Assembly (NCBI RefSeq): GCF_964355755.1
Contig: NC_092679.1
Coordinates: 10,399,432 to 10,463,431, forward strand
Direction: 5' to 3'
DNA: 64,000 bases
Source of the DNA: Antedon mediterranea
Taxonomy: Eukaryota > Animalia > Echinodermata
This document shows, in pieces, positions 52,201 to 61,900 of the stretch (positions are counted from its first letter, which is position 1; each line of letters begins with the position of its first letter). The translations under genes and the position numbers were made by a program. The notes beneath the pieces were generated by a model. The model was not told where the DNA came from, did not search any database, and saw only the letters and a list, made by a program, of their open reading frames with translations.

Positions 52201-53109
52201 TACAGAGCCATATCATAGGGTAATTTGTGTACTAGATTTTTTTTCATCCGCGAAATGTTTTTTTTTTCGTACACAATGTTTAAAAGAAAAACGAAACTGA
52301 GGCCAGACGACAGGTGGCGCTGTTGTATTTCACAGTACAGAGCCATATCATAGGATAATTTGTGTACTAGATTTTTTTTCATCCGCGAGACGGTTTTTTT
52401 TTCGTACACAAAAATGTTTCAAAAAGTACTATTAAACGATCGTGATCGTTTAATAGTGCGTACTATTGCACGCCATGTGACCCACAATCGTCCAATCAAA
52501 TGACAGGAATTTATTTAGGTGTTATATAAAAAAGAATAACAAATGCTTGGTAAATTGTAGATATAACAGTCCGATGAAATCTACTAAAAATAGTATAATT
52601 GTGTCATAAATATAATACAATATTTTACAGAATACAGAATTTTATTTGACAAACTCAAACTATTATAAATACTAAAAGTCATGAATACAAAAATACAAGT
52701 GTGATAAAAAGATCTTATAAAAATATGAATAAACATTGAACATGTTTGGTCTTTCCTTGCCTTTTATATTTGTTTTGTCTTCTTTGTATTGTATATGGCA
52801 GAAAATTGAATAAATAAAAAATAACGGCTGTTTTGCGAACGCACACAAAGAAATCATAAATCTTGTTTATTGTTCTGAAATCATATGTACATACTTAATG
52901 CATAAAAAATATGGTTACCGGTAAAACTGTCCTTAAATAGCTGTAAAGTTCACATTGTTAAACTGCGTATCTAATGCATTTTTCATTTGTTTTTCTACAC
53001 TTTAGCTATAGCAACAAGTGGAGTTGATGATGTTAGACCAGTCTTAGATTTCTATAATAAAGAAGATGATCCAATTGAAACATTTAGAAGGAACCAGGCT
53101 AGGTTACAG
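12729..53109 (+). CDS. TIMM50: Mitochondrial import inner membrane translocase subunit TIM50, spliced, 3'-incomplete
   Basis: join(12729-13212, 33096-33127, 34406-34486, 34807-34926, 35087-35194, 40623-40721, 43208-43364, 53006-53109); GT-AG and in phase; motifs [69 protein letters not shown]. Confidence 0.96.
13924..14250. mobile_element. Harbinger/Tourist-like MITE inserted in the Academ left terminus
   Basis: TIR TGCACTTGTCAATTG...CAATTGACAAGTGCA, TSD TTA; removing it restores the first bases of the Academ TIR. Confidence 0.75.
16131..16305. mobile_element. 175-bp CAG..CTG MITE with 5-bp TSD (hAT5-like)
   Basis: AAATT|CAGGGAAAAT...GTTCTCTG|AAATT; sibling at 25039-25212. Confidence 0.7.
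16576..16754. mobile_element. Harbinger-type MITE
   Basis: TIR GCTTGGTTCCCACTAG...CTAGTGGGAACCAAGC, TSD TTA. Confidence 0.78.
18577..20451. mobile_element. hAT-type non-autonomous element
   Basis: CAGTGGCGTATCCAG...CTGGATACGCCACTG with 8-bp TSD ATTACAGT and G/C-run subtermini. Confidence 0.85.
19015..19640. mobile_element. Kolobok-type non-autonomous element (626 bp), copy 2, nested in the hAT element
   Basis: TTAA-flanked; reverse complement of 9618-10243 with few substitutions. Confidence 0.8.
20902..21234 (-). mobile_element. tRNA-derived SINE with Nin/Deu-like central domain
   Basis: Minus: A box TGGCCGAGCGG, B-box-like GGTTCGAGGC, TCGGATAAGGACTATAAACCG...TTAAAGAACC...GAGTAGGGG, (CAAA)n tail. 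Confidence 0.75.
21550..24893. mobile_element. Academ-type non-autonomous element with internal satellite
   Basis: TAGTCCGGTGGCAGGAG...CTCCTGCCACCGGACTA, TSD TAT, TIR of about 160 bp. Confidence 0.8.
22950..24000. repeat. Tandem repeat of about 150-160 bp units, 6-7 diverged copies
   Basis: Recurring ATGGATTTGCCCAAAT...CCCAAGGGC...AAGCTGCCTGTGCACTCTCGATCCTTAAG near 22956, 23113, 23274, 23424, 23579, 23729, 23954. Confidence 0.85.
25039..25212. mobile_element. 174-bp CAG..CTG MITE with 5-bp TSD (hAT5-like)
   Basis: TACAC|CAGGGAAAAA...TTATTCCCTG|TACAC. Confidence 0.72.
25338..25758. mobile_element. MITE with subterminal repeats of about 21 bp and 6-bp TSD
   Basis: TATGGAAGGCAATCGCCGC...GCGGCGATTGCCTTCCATA flanked by TCTAAC; internal TACTTTCACAAACGAACAAC repeats in both orientations. 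Confidence 0.75.
27261..28700 (+). mobile_element. AACTAG-starting interspersed repeat (Helentron/HINE-like), copy 1
   Basis: Starts AACTAGACATGAAACTCGTC; homologous over at least 600 bp to 63382-64000; ends in an AAG-rich tract. Confidence 0.6.
29334..30047. mobile_element. Harbinger-like MITE
   Basis: TIR CGCCCGTATTCT-AAACCGGACTTTAGTCGTAGTTCGA on both ends; flanks TTA and ATA (imperfect TSD). Confidence 0.7.
30460..32487. mobile_element. Academ-type foldback element
   Basis: TAGTCTAGGACCTGGGTCAG...CTGACCCAGGTCCTAGACTA, TSD ATT, inverted arms of about 700 bp plus an internal duplication. Confidence 0.8.
32714..32991. repeat. 25-bp minisatellite, about 11 copies
   Basis: Unit ATTCCTTCAATCACAGTACAAACAG repeated head to tail without spacers. 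Confidence 0.95.
33096..33127 (+). CDS. TIMM50: TIMM50 exon 2
   Basis: tctag|GC CAG CCA...AGA|gtaagt; (G)[10 protein letters not shown]. Confidence 0.88.
34406..34486 (+). CDS. TIMM50: TIMM50 exon 3
   Basis: [27 protein letters not shown], tag acceptor and gtgagt donor. Confidence 0.88.
34807..34926 (+). CDS. TIMM50: TIMM50 exon 4
   Basis: [40 protein letters not shown]. Confidence 0.96.
35087..35194 (+). CDS. TIMM50: TIMM50 exon 5
   Basis: [36 protein letters not shown]; frame requires the AAG acceptor. Confidence 0.92.
35312..36310. mobile_element. Degenerate piggyBac-like MITE
   Basis: CCTTTGACTGCCA...TGGCAGTCAAGCG; TTAA flanks not preserved. Confidence 0.3.
37515..39415 (-). mobile_element. 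Degenerate RTE (BovB-like) LINE, 5'-truncated
   Basis: Fragments [76 protein letters not shown], split by frameshifts and stops. Confidence 0.92.
40623..40721 (+). CDS. TIMM50: TIMM50 exon 6
   Basis: [33 protein letters not shown]. Confidence 0.96.
41250..41514. mobile_element. End of a HINE/Helentron-like non-autonomous repeat
   Basis: (ACAA)n followed by terminal hairpin ACCTCCTTGGCGGAGGTAA; left boundary not defined. Confidence 0.5.
41536..41780 (+). mobile_element. tRNA-derived CORE-like SINE, 3'-truncated
   Basis: A box TGGCGCAGGG, B box GGTTCAAATCC, CCTTAGGCAAG...TATAAAATGGG; same family as 54076-54390. Confidence 0.75.
41800..42140 (-). pseudogene. C-terminal fragment of an Academ-like transposase (PPT..QH..R..Q..W..GW and Cys-rich tail)
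   Basis: [22 protein letters not shown]...EPIGRGW, then frameshifted [15 protein letters not shown]...GHCSNG. Confidence 0.6.
43208..43364 (+). CDS. TIMM50: TIMM50 exon 7
   Basis: [52 protein letters not shown]. Confidence 0.96.
43595..43790 (+). mobile_element. 3' fragment of an L2-like LINE
   Basis: [22 protein letters not shown]. Confidence 0.5.
45110..45790. mobile_element. Partial arm of an Academ-type element related to 21550-24893
   Basis: 45110-45660 aligns with about 24170-24730. Confidence 0.6.
45815..49734 (+). mobile_element. Sola3-type DNA transposon, internally deleted
   Basis: TTAA|GAG...CTC|TTAA termini, near-perfect TIRs of about 580 bp, internal transposase remnants. Confidence 0.82.
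46864..48160 (+). pseudogene. Deleted, frameshifted Sola3-like transposase
   Basis: [16 protein letters not shown]...GIDSE joined to C-terminal parts: [14 protein letters not shown]2H2 finger [47 protein letters not shown], acidic tract; no catalytic core visible. Confidence 0.7.
49991..51042. mobile_element. Mutator-like MITE with 10-bp TSD
   Basis: GGATCTAGTG|GGGTGTCACGAAAGCTCAGACC...GGTCTGAGCTTTCGTGACACCC|GGATCTAGTG. Confidence 0.85.
51478..52529. mobile_element. Crypton-like non-autonomous element with large hairpin
   Basis: Hairpin with arms of about 72 bp around CAACGAGGCGATGAGCCGAGTTG, plus inverted pair TTATATAACATCTAAATAAATTC (about 51647) and GAATTTATTTAGGTGTTATATAA (about 52507). 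Confidence 0.55.
53006..53109 (+). CDS. TIMM50: TIMM50 exon 8
   Basis: (T)[34 protein letters not shown], ends CAG|gtaaaa. Confidence 0.95.
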
Positions 53110-53865
53110 GTAAAATAAGTTTTCAAGATGTCAGTTGTAAATATTCTGTTTTTAATGTAGCTAAAGTAAAAAATGCCAGTTAATGTCATAAATAACTGTT
53201 AATGTAGAACAATCCACTGCTAATATAGTAAAACCTCCAGCTTATGTAGAAAGACAAAAACCCTAAGCCTGTTTTTCTGTCGACATAACGTTAAGGCATC
53301 AATTAAATTTGTTTTATTTTATAATTTAGTTTGACTTACGGTACACTCGATACAACTCGCATTTGGCCAACAAACCATAATGTAAAATAAACAGAGAATT
53401 GGTCAGGGACTGCTAAAGTAAACAATATGTAGTCAAATAAAGAAATTAATTTTCTTTAAGGTTGTATTTTTTACCTCTCTGGTGCATTATGCACTAAAAC
53501 CATTTAGCTACCCTTTTTGACATGGCTTATGGCTTATAACAAGCTCAAAAAACAACAACAAAAAACTGTAATTGTATATTTTAACATTCAAATATGTATT
53601 TGTTGATTTTTTTGTTGTTCTATATTATTTTTATTGCTAAGGGTCCGGTTATGTCTACTGTAATATACCTACAATCTGAAAAGCTAAACATTTTACATGT
53701 TTCTAAGTGTTTTTTATTACCTCAAAATGTGTACTGGACAAGTCTTTTATTTCTATAGATTTGTTGACTTTTTTGTTCTATGTTTTCTTAAAAAAGAAAG
53801 TATACACAGTACCTGTACTACTCATTGAGATTCAAAAGTGTAAAAATACATGAAAAAAACACTAG

Positions 53866-54650
53866 ACCTACGGGTTTTTTTTTACCTATTTTAAGGTTAC
53901 ACACTACATTTTATAACTACTATGGACCTATGGTGATATTTGTTTCCGTCTTTAAAAGGTTATAATTGTGAAAGATGATTTTAATAATTTTAGCGGCCGG
54001 CTATAAATCCCAACATGCATCGCACACAGATTGATATTTTCATATTTTGATGTGATGCAGCAAAAATACCAGATCGTGAGGGGGTGTGACGCAGGGTGTT
54101 GGACGTTGGACTACTGATCGTGAGACCGAGGTTCGAATCCAACTCTCGCTGCATTGCTTGTATCCTTAGGCAAGATACTTTACTTACGTTTGCCTCTCTC
54201 CACCCAGGTGTATAAATGGGTACCTGGTTAGATCAAGACACAACTTTGCGCTGATTACTAGCTGCATTATGGGAGTATGTTTCCATACGTGTTTGATGCA
54301 AAAAAATGACTGGGGTAATAATGTTCAGCGCATTGAGAGCTTGCTTATATGCGCTATATAAGAATGAACTATTATTATTATTATTATTATCCCCAATTTG
54401 TATTAATGGATTCTTCCAAAAAAGGAAAGACAATGTCAAGCTAGGCCTATAGCTAGCATATGATGTTCGTATGTTTGCTCTTTACCAGCTAGGCCTACAA
54501 AAATAAGCCTAACTAAGCTAGGCCTAGAAATGAGAGAACTATCGATGCGCTCTACTTAGGTAGTGCATTGTTTTTTATCATGATTAACCTTAGAACGCAT
54601 ATTTATTATTTTTACAAAACATCAAAAGTTGCAGTTCTAGTGTCTTCAAA
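53866..54650. mobile_element. Old diverged relative of the Kolobok-type MITE, interrupted by a SINE
   Basis: Shares AGCGGCC-GCTATAAATCCCAA, TTTACCAGCTAGGCCTACAAAA and CTACTTAGGTAGTGCATTG with 9618-10243. Confidence 0.65.
54076..54390 (+). mobile_element. Full-length tRNA-derived CORE-like SINE with (ATT)n tail
   Basis: B box GGTTCGAATCC, CCTTAGGCAAG...CACCCAGGTGTATAAATGGGTACC, GCGCTATATAAG then (TAT)n. Confidence 0.82.
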
Positions 54651-54695
54651 ATACTACAATACAACATTGAAGAAGCCTACTACAGTGTAAATGCT

Positions 54696-55017
54696 TTACT
54701 CATTTTTTTGGCTCTGATTTGTTGCAGCATCTTTCAATGGTCCACGTTTTAAGCTTTTATTGCCTTTCTGCAAACATAAATCGCACATTGGTAGGACCAT
54801 TTTGAAACGCTTCAACATTTCCTTATTCTTTGTTGCCCCTGTTTGGCCACAGTGGGCACAGATACCCTTATTGCCATTTACTTTTGTGGCACAATAGTAG
54901 GCTCATTCAATGGGTCTTGAACATGTTAATTCCAGACGTGCAAACACTTGTCTAGCAAGTGCACTGCCTTCTGACGTTATCATGCATCCACAGGTTTAGT
55001 CGTATTTTTGCTCAATT
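54696..55017 (-). pseudogene. Cys-rich C-terminal fragment of a DNA transposase (Zator/Sola-like, uncertain)
   Basis: YD*TCG...VFARLELTCSRPIE*AYY...ICAHCG...VLPMCDLCLQKG with two in-frame stops. Confidence 0.45.
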
Positions 55018-55329
55018 GATTGGAGTTTATTTATTTATTCATAGGAATCACCTTTATATTGGTGGCACACATTATCAGTTAATGGTGCTTCCATTTTTCA
55101 GACAAAATACAAATAACATAAGCTACAAAGTTCTAAATACTAACACATAACATCAGAACAAATTGTAAACTAATTAATTAATTAGATCTATGAAAATACA
55201 TAATACGTAAACTGTACAATATATATAACTACAAAAATAAAAACAGAACAAAAAAAATACAGGATAATTAATAAAAATAAATAAATAAAATGAAACTTAC
55301 AGATACATCCTCATAGAGATGTCTGTAGC

Positions 55330-55640
55330 TTGTTTACTATATTAATCAATTAGTTGAGAGAGGTAATGCTGATAAAATTGTAGATCTAGTAACCCATGCT
55401 TTCATTAAATATTTTTTACAATAAAAATCAAAGATTTCTCCTAATGTTTCATTTTCAGTGAATAAATTGTCTAGCATAAAGTGGTTTTTTAATTCTTGAG
55501 ATCCACAATTAACATTATCCCAGTACATACTTAAATTATTGTCTATGAGGTTGTTCTTAAGATCCAAGTATACATCATTTCTAACAGAGTTTAAAGGACA
55601 TTTAAATAAAAAATGGTTTACTGTTTCTTTTTCATTGCCG
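55330..55640 (-). mobile_element. 3' fragment of a LINE ORF2 (zinc-knuckle end)
   Basis: EKETVNHFLFKCP...AWVTR on the minus strand. Confidence 0.55.
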
Positions 55641-56785
55641 CTGCTCTCTAGGAGTTAATTGTTGTGAAGAATAGATACATCGTGGCTTTCCACAGTCACT
55701 ACACTTAACGGTGTCTCTAACGTTTTGTGCAGTTGTTTTTGATGTACAGCCCTGAAAAAGAATACTACAGAATATTTCTGTATATACATTAAAATATACC
55801 TGTTCTGTTCTACAGACACTTTCTTTACATCATCAAGTTTTGATGGCATGTGTCTTCACTAGTCACCATATACTTCCTCAAAACTCTTGTAATGTCCAGG
55901 GTTTGATGGATCTGGCATAGGGTAAAGACCAATTTACACAGACGAGCGGCAACGGTAAGCGGTAATTGTAAGCGAAAAACCGTGTGGCTTTTCCCATTTA
56001 CACAGCTTGCGGAATTCGCGAACGGAGTGTTGGAAAGTAGGTGCGTGTAGGCCTTGAAGCTAATGCATGTTACAGTCACTGCTGGCCTGGATGTAACTGA
56101 CTGTCAGTTGGCCTAGCACATACAGACCTAAGTTTTAGAGGGACTTGTTGCCTAACAACGTACTAAAATGTATATTTTCTTTTCACTATCCTTATACGAA
56201 CATTAGTCACGTCGTAGGTGTTTGAATAAAAAGAAGTTGCAAAACTAGGCTAGGCTTACTACGGCACTCGTATTTATTGTCGTCTTTTACTCGACGGACG
56301 CAAAAAAAGGTTTTGATAGATGACGTCATTTCAATCATGTCGTTGGTTGGCCAGAATCCATAATTACCGCGCGGTATTTTCACAAAATCGCATCTGTTTC
56401 TATCCTAGCGGATAGCGGATAACCGCTTGTCCGCTCCGCGTTTTGTGTAAATGGTCACACGCGATCGTAGAGAGAAAATGGGGGAAGCCCAGAAAAAAAT
56501 GCATTTTATGATGTTCGAGATCACTAACGCAGTCTGATTCGATCATCTGTAAAGGGTCTTGCACACCTGTTCACAGTTCCGAACTTCAGGGTGGCGAAAG
56601 TATTTTTCCCAAAGACTTTCTCTGAAAATCCGAGAGAGGGCGTCCTATTTCGTCCCATTGTGTAGGGGGGAGCATTATGCATCTCTCTGCCCTCGCCTTT
56701 TGAATGAACATTTTAATATGCTGCGCTTTCCGAATGAATTGCCGATTCTTACAAAGGGAGGATATCGCCTTGTTGTAACTACGTA

Positions 56786-57143
56786 TACGCCTTTTTCACG
56801 AAACAGAAGACATCTTCGATCGATGACAAACAATGCCGTGCAACGAAGCGTAACCAACAGAAATAACATAACGTTTTCAGGGGATTTCAGGACACCATGT
56901 TAATTAAAAAATCGTAACTCTTCAACGGAGGATCGTATGAGAAAAAAAATTACTGTAAAATGTTCTTAAAAGATTTTCCTATATCACTGTGTGATTTTTT
57001 CACTGCTTAAAATCTATCGAAAAAAACACCACAGTGTATAAGCATAGGCTGAAAACGCTATGTTATTTCTGTTGGTTAAGCTTTGTTGCACGGCATTGTT
57101 TGTCATCGATCGAAGATGTCTTCCGTTTTGTGAAAAAGGCGTA
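56786..57143. repeat. Inverted repeat, arms of about 95 bp around a spacer of about 170 bp
   Basis: TACGCCTTTTTCAC...CGTTTTCAG mirrored by CTGAAAACG...GTGAAAAAGGCGTA. Confidence 0.7.
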
Positions 57144-58942
57144 TTGGTCCCTGGATGTAGCATGACTCAGATATCAATGCCCGCGGCGGCGTGAGCTGGG
57201 CCAACTTCTAAAAATAGAAGAATTGTAACTTTAATTAATTCGTACAAAGGGACACCACCCGGGTAGTGCGTAACTGTACACGCTTTGGCCCTTGTAACTT
57301 TATACAGTCTAGATATCGACGCTTGGACCGCAATGAAAATAAGTTTGAATCGTTCACCTTTGTTCCCGGCCTCAAACCCCTCCCCCGCTCATTGCGCACG
57401 CGCCTATTTCTCCTCTACTACTAGGCCTAGTACTAGTACCAGATAGAGAGTACTACTACCCTATACTATTCATATCAGTTATCCGTGGGTCTCTTATTTT
57501 ATAGCAAAAATATCGCAGTATAGCCTAAATACAGTATTATTATTATTATACAGTACCGGTAATAGGTTAAATGATGTTGCACCTTCTTTTTTTTTGGACA
57601 TGATGAATAGTGTGTGTCACGACGGTGGAGGCAGCAAGCAAATCAAACTTGTTTACACGCATATTAACCGATAGTTCGCACATGCGCGCGCTGTTGGATG
57701 TATCATATCTGTACAACAACAGCACGTGCGCTTTGTTTTGTCTAGACAATTCCAAATCGTGTTTCGGTAATAAAACAGACTGATAGAAGAAGTTACCCAG
57801 TTTCTAATCTAAAAACTTTTTTTTTTACTTTTTCATTTACAATTTTTTTTTTTCGTGTTGATGACGGGGGCGCACGTGCCCCCCCCCCCCCCCTTCCCCC
57901 CCTTAAATCCGCGCCTGAATATACTCCGATGTTTTGTGACGTATATTTGATTTGATCTTTATTAATTTGCTGTACAATTTTTATTTTGCTAACTACTGTA
58001 CCTTCACATGCGCGGTCCAAAAATAAACAAAAAACTAAAATGGCTATCGCCACCAACGACCAACTTAATAGTTGAACCCAGGAAGTTGCAAGAAGGTGAA
58101 CCTGTGAACTCACTGTGAACCCAGAAATTACTTCAACCGCGTACAGTTGAAAGTCAACCGATGAAATCAGAAATTTTGTTTTAAAACCCTTTATAATATC
58201 TTCCTAAGATAGAAATATAGAACAATATCGTAATAGTGAGAAATAATGATCGACGTTTCGCGGTACATCTTGAGATAGATCTGGTAGGTATCCAAGACGG
58301 AGATTTGTCGCGAAGTTTTTCCATTGTGCTCGCCTATGTCAGAATTGACCATTATTTATTTATAGATAATAAAGAAGAAAGGCCCAAGTATGAAGCCTTA
58401 AGGGACTAAAACATTTATTGATTTGGGTACAGATAAAGAGGATTTGATCTTTACAACTTGCGATCTATTAATAAAATTGTTGGCAAGAGAATTGCCAATA
58501 GATGTAAAATAACTATTAAATTGATTGGCTGTTTCTTTGTCAGAAGTTGTGAAACCACTTCCAGTTTTAACAGAATGGACAGAGGTTTTATTTTTAGGGA
58601 TTATTTTTTTTATGATATTCCATAGTTTTTTGAAATTGTTTGTGTTTAATAATATAATGCTATATATATTATTATTATTTGCAATTGAGGAGTTATTTCA
58701 TTATATGATGATCTTAACTAAAATTTGTAGTAGAGCTGTAGCTTGCTTGCCTTCCAATCCCAAGGTCCATGGTTCAATCCTGACATAGAGCCCGTTCGGA
58801 CTTCACAATTTACACATGTAATGTGGTGTAAATTTTGAGATAAACCGGCTGTTTCAGAAACCCAACTCATGAGGTGAATTTTTCAATTACACCTTAAACT
58901 GCAAATAAATTTATAATAAACAATATATTTAGACGTGTATAT

Positions 58943-61900
58943 TAGTCAGGGTCCTCGTGTATTTCCGTAGGATTTTAATGCCCAAAGTGAGATTTCACTT
59001 GATTTCACTTTATTATGGTGCTAGGATACCAAAAGTGCTAGGATACCAAAAATGCTAGGTAACAAATTTTCACGATCCCGTAACCATGGTAACAGCCCCA
59101 AATTCAAAATGGCGACCAAATGGCCATATCTCCATAACCCTTTGGTCTATTGACAAGATATTGCAGGGATGTCACCACGCTGGTCGGCCCCGACCAGCAC
59201 TCAACATTTCCGACCACCACTATTATTTATTAATCATTTACGATATTTATATTAGGCCTAGGCCTAACTAAAATTCGTACTAAAACATTTTACCTAGCAC
59301 ATCGTTAATAACAGACAAGCTAGCCTCATATAGATAAGACAAAAGACTACAGCAAATGTTTCCGTGGTTACGTACGTTACTTTATTTGTAACACAATACC
59401 AGGCCTACCCTGCCCTGGTATTCATTGTTACAGCTTGTGAGTCATGGCGAACAACGTGCTACACAGCACAGTGTACAACTACAAGTTTAAAGTTCACATA
59501 GCGACCATTCAAGCGTTTTATTTTGCACAGATTAAAAATACAAATAAACAAAACAAGTACACAGTAATTAAAAATGTACAACTACATAGACCCAAACAAA
59601 ATCATTTTTAATTGCTGAATGTTTTGTCACCCTGCTTTAATTATATTAATATTAATGTTACTAGTTTTACATTTTTGTACTCTACGAACTATTAAAAAAA
59701 ATAAAAAAACATGCGCATGGTTCAGTGAGACCGGGCAAGTTCGTTCGTTTATGATCGCCGAGCATGGTACAATAATTACACGTCCCTGGGATAACTTCAG
59801 GTTGCTGAACTTCAGTTAACCCATAAACACGTGTCTGTTCTTGCCGGCCATGCACTACATGCTTGCCGCACAGTTGTGAAACAAAAAATCCGGAATTCGC
59901 GAATACGCTAAAAAACTCTCGCGCAAAAGAACACGAACATTATATCGAGCAACAAGTAGTAAGGTCTAGGCTAATAATTTATCTACAGTATTTGATTAGG
60001 GATTAGGCCTAAATAAAGAAGCGCCTGTTTTTGTGGAATTCAGATTTTGGGGCATCTATCTAAGCCTTGGCTAGGCCTAGTGATCGTAGTGTCTACAAGG
60101 CTAGGCCTAAGCCTGACGCGATCTATTGCTATTCATTTCGTAAGCGTTTTTTTGTTTTCGCGAATAATAACGGCGACTCCATGGTGGTACAAGGTTAGGC
60201 CTAGACCTGACGCAATTTGTTGTTATTTATTTTCATAATTCTTTATGTTTCGCTAAAATAACGACAAACCCGGGAAATTTTCCGACCGGCACTCCAAAAA
60301 GCTGGTGACATCCCTGTATTGGTATCAAAATACTCGGAATATATATATTTATATTCGTTGTAATAGAACATTTTTACTAATTGTAACCGGAAATGCTATT
60401 TTTCTGTACCATTGACCCTTGACCTTGACTCGTACTGTATCTTAAAAACGGCTGGTCATAGAAATTTAAAAATTGTCTCAAATTGCTCAAACCTTATATA
60501 TTTATATTTATTGTAATGCAATATTTTGTTAAAAAATGTCCGGAAGCAAAGTTATTGACCTTTGACATAGAGAATAGCTTACAAGAATTTTTATTCAGTA
60601 GTCTATGGTCATATCTCCATAACCCTTTGGTCTATTGACAAGATATTGATATCAAAATACTCGGAATAAATATATTTATATTCGTTGTAATAGAACATTT
60701 TTACTAATTGTAACCGGAAATGCTATTTTTCTGTACCATTGACCCTTGACCTTGACTCGTACTGTATCTTAAAAACGGCTGGTCATAGAAATTTAAAAAT
60801 TGTCTCAAATTGCTCAGACCTTATATATTTATATTTATTGTAATGCAATATTTTGTTAAAAAATGTCCGGAAGCAAAGTTATTGACCTTTGACATAGAGA
60901 ATAGCTTACAAGAATTTTTATTCAGTAGTCTATGGTCATATTATCTTCATAACCCTTTGGTCTATTGACAAGATATTGGTATCAAAATACTCGGAATCAA
61001 CATATTTATATTCGTTGTAATAGAACATTTTTACTAAATGTAACCGGAAATGTTATTTTTCTGCACTATTGACCATTGACCTTGACTCGCACTGTATCTA
61101 AAAAAACTGCTGATTATAGAAATTTATAAATGGTCTCAAATTGCTCAGACCATACATATTTATATTTATTTTAATTTAACATTTTGTTTAGAAAATGACC
61201 GGAAGTAAAGTTATTGACCATTGACCTAATAAACATCAACTCTATGTATAAGCATTTATCTATTTGAGCATAATCGGCATTTGTTTGTGGTAGGGATTAA
61301 AAAATGAGTTTATACGTATTATTATTTAATTTCTAATTCACATATTTAGTTTTATATATTTTTTAAATAGTAGGCCTATATACTTTATAGTGTAAGTAAG
61401 CACATTTATCTATGTAACTTTGGACAATAGTAAAAATTACAGCAGAAATTCATTGCACTGTATTCATTTTCCTCCCATCCACTTCACTAAAATGACGTAG
61501 TCAAATTGATTCTTCCTGCATTTTTCCTGAAATATTAATTGCTATACTTTTACATTTTTCCTGATAAGAAACTGGAGCTCCAAAATTTGATTAAAACATC
61601 TTTAATTACATCAATACCAAGCATTTATTGTGTGAGCATCCTCGTTGCCACTAAGACAGTCAAGGAGTGAGAGTGGTTGATTCTTCAACTTTTGTACCTT
61701 TAATGCTTGTTCTTCTTGAAATATTTTCATAAATGGAGGTTTCTCATACATTGAACTGCTGCCGGCCATACATTATTACGTGGTTAGACGTTCCTTGGAC
61801 ATTGACTGCCATTTTGTGAGTCATTATCACCAAGCCAAGGAACCAATTTAAGGAGTGAGATTGTTAAAAGTGACCAAGAGGTTTTTGATGTTTACAGCAT

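Noticed and set aside
58280-58730. ORF 58525-58788
   Set aside because: Antisense to what looks like a very decayed LINE RT fragment (GSILGP-like remnant near 58380-58400); too degraded to annotate.
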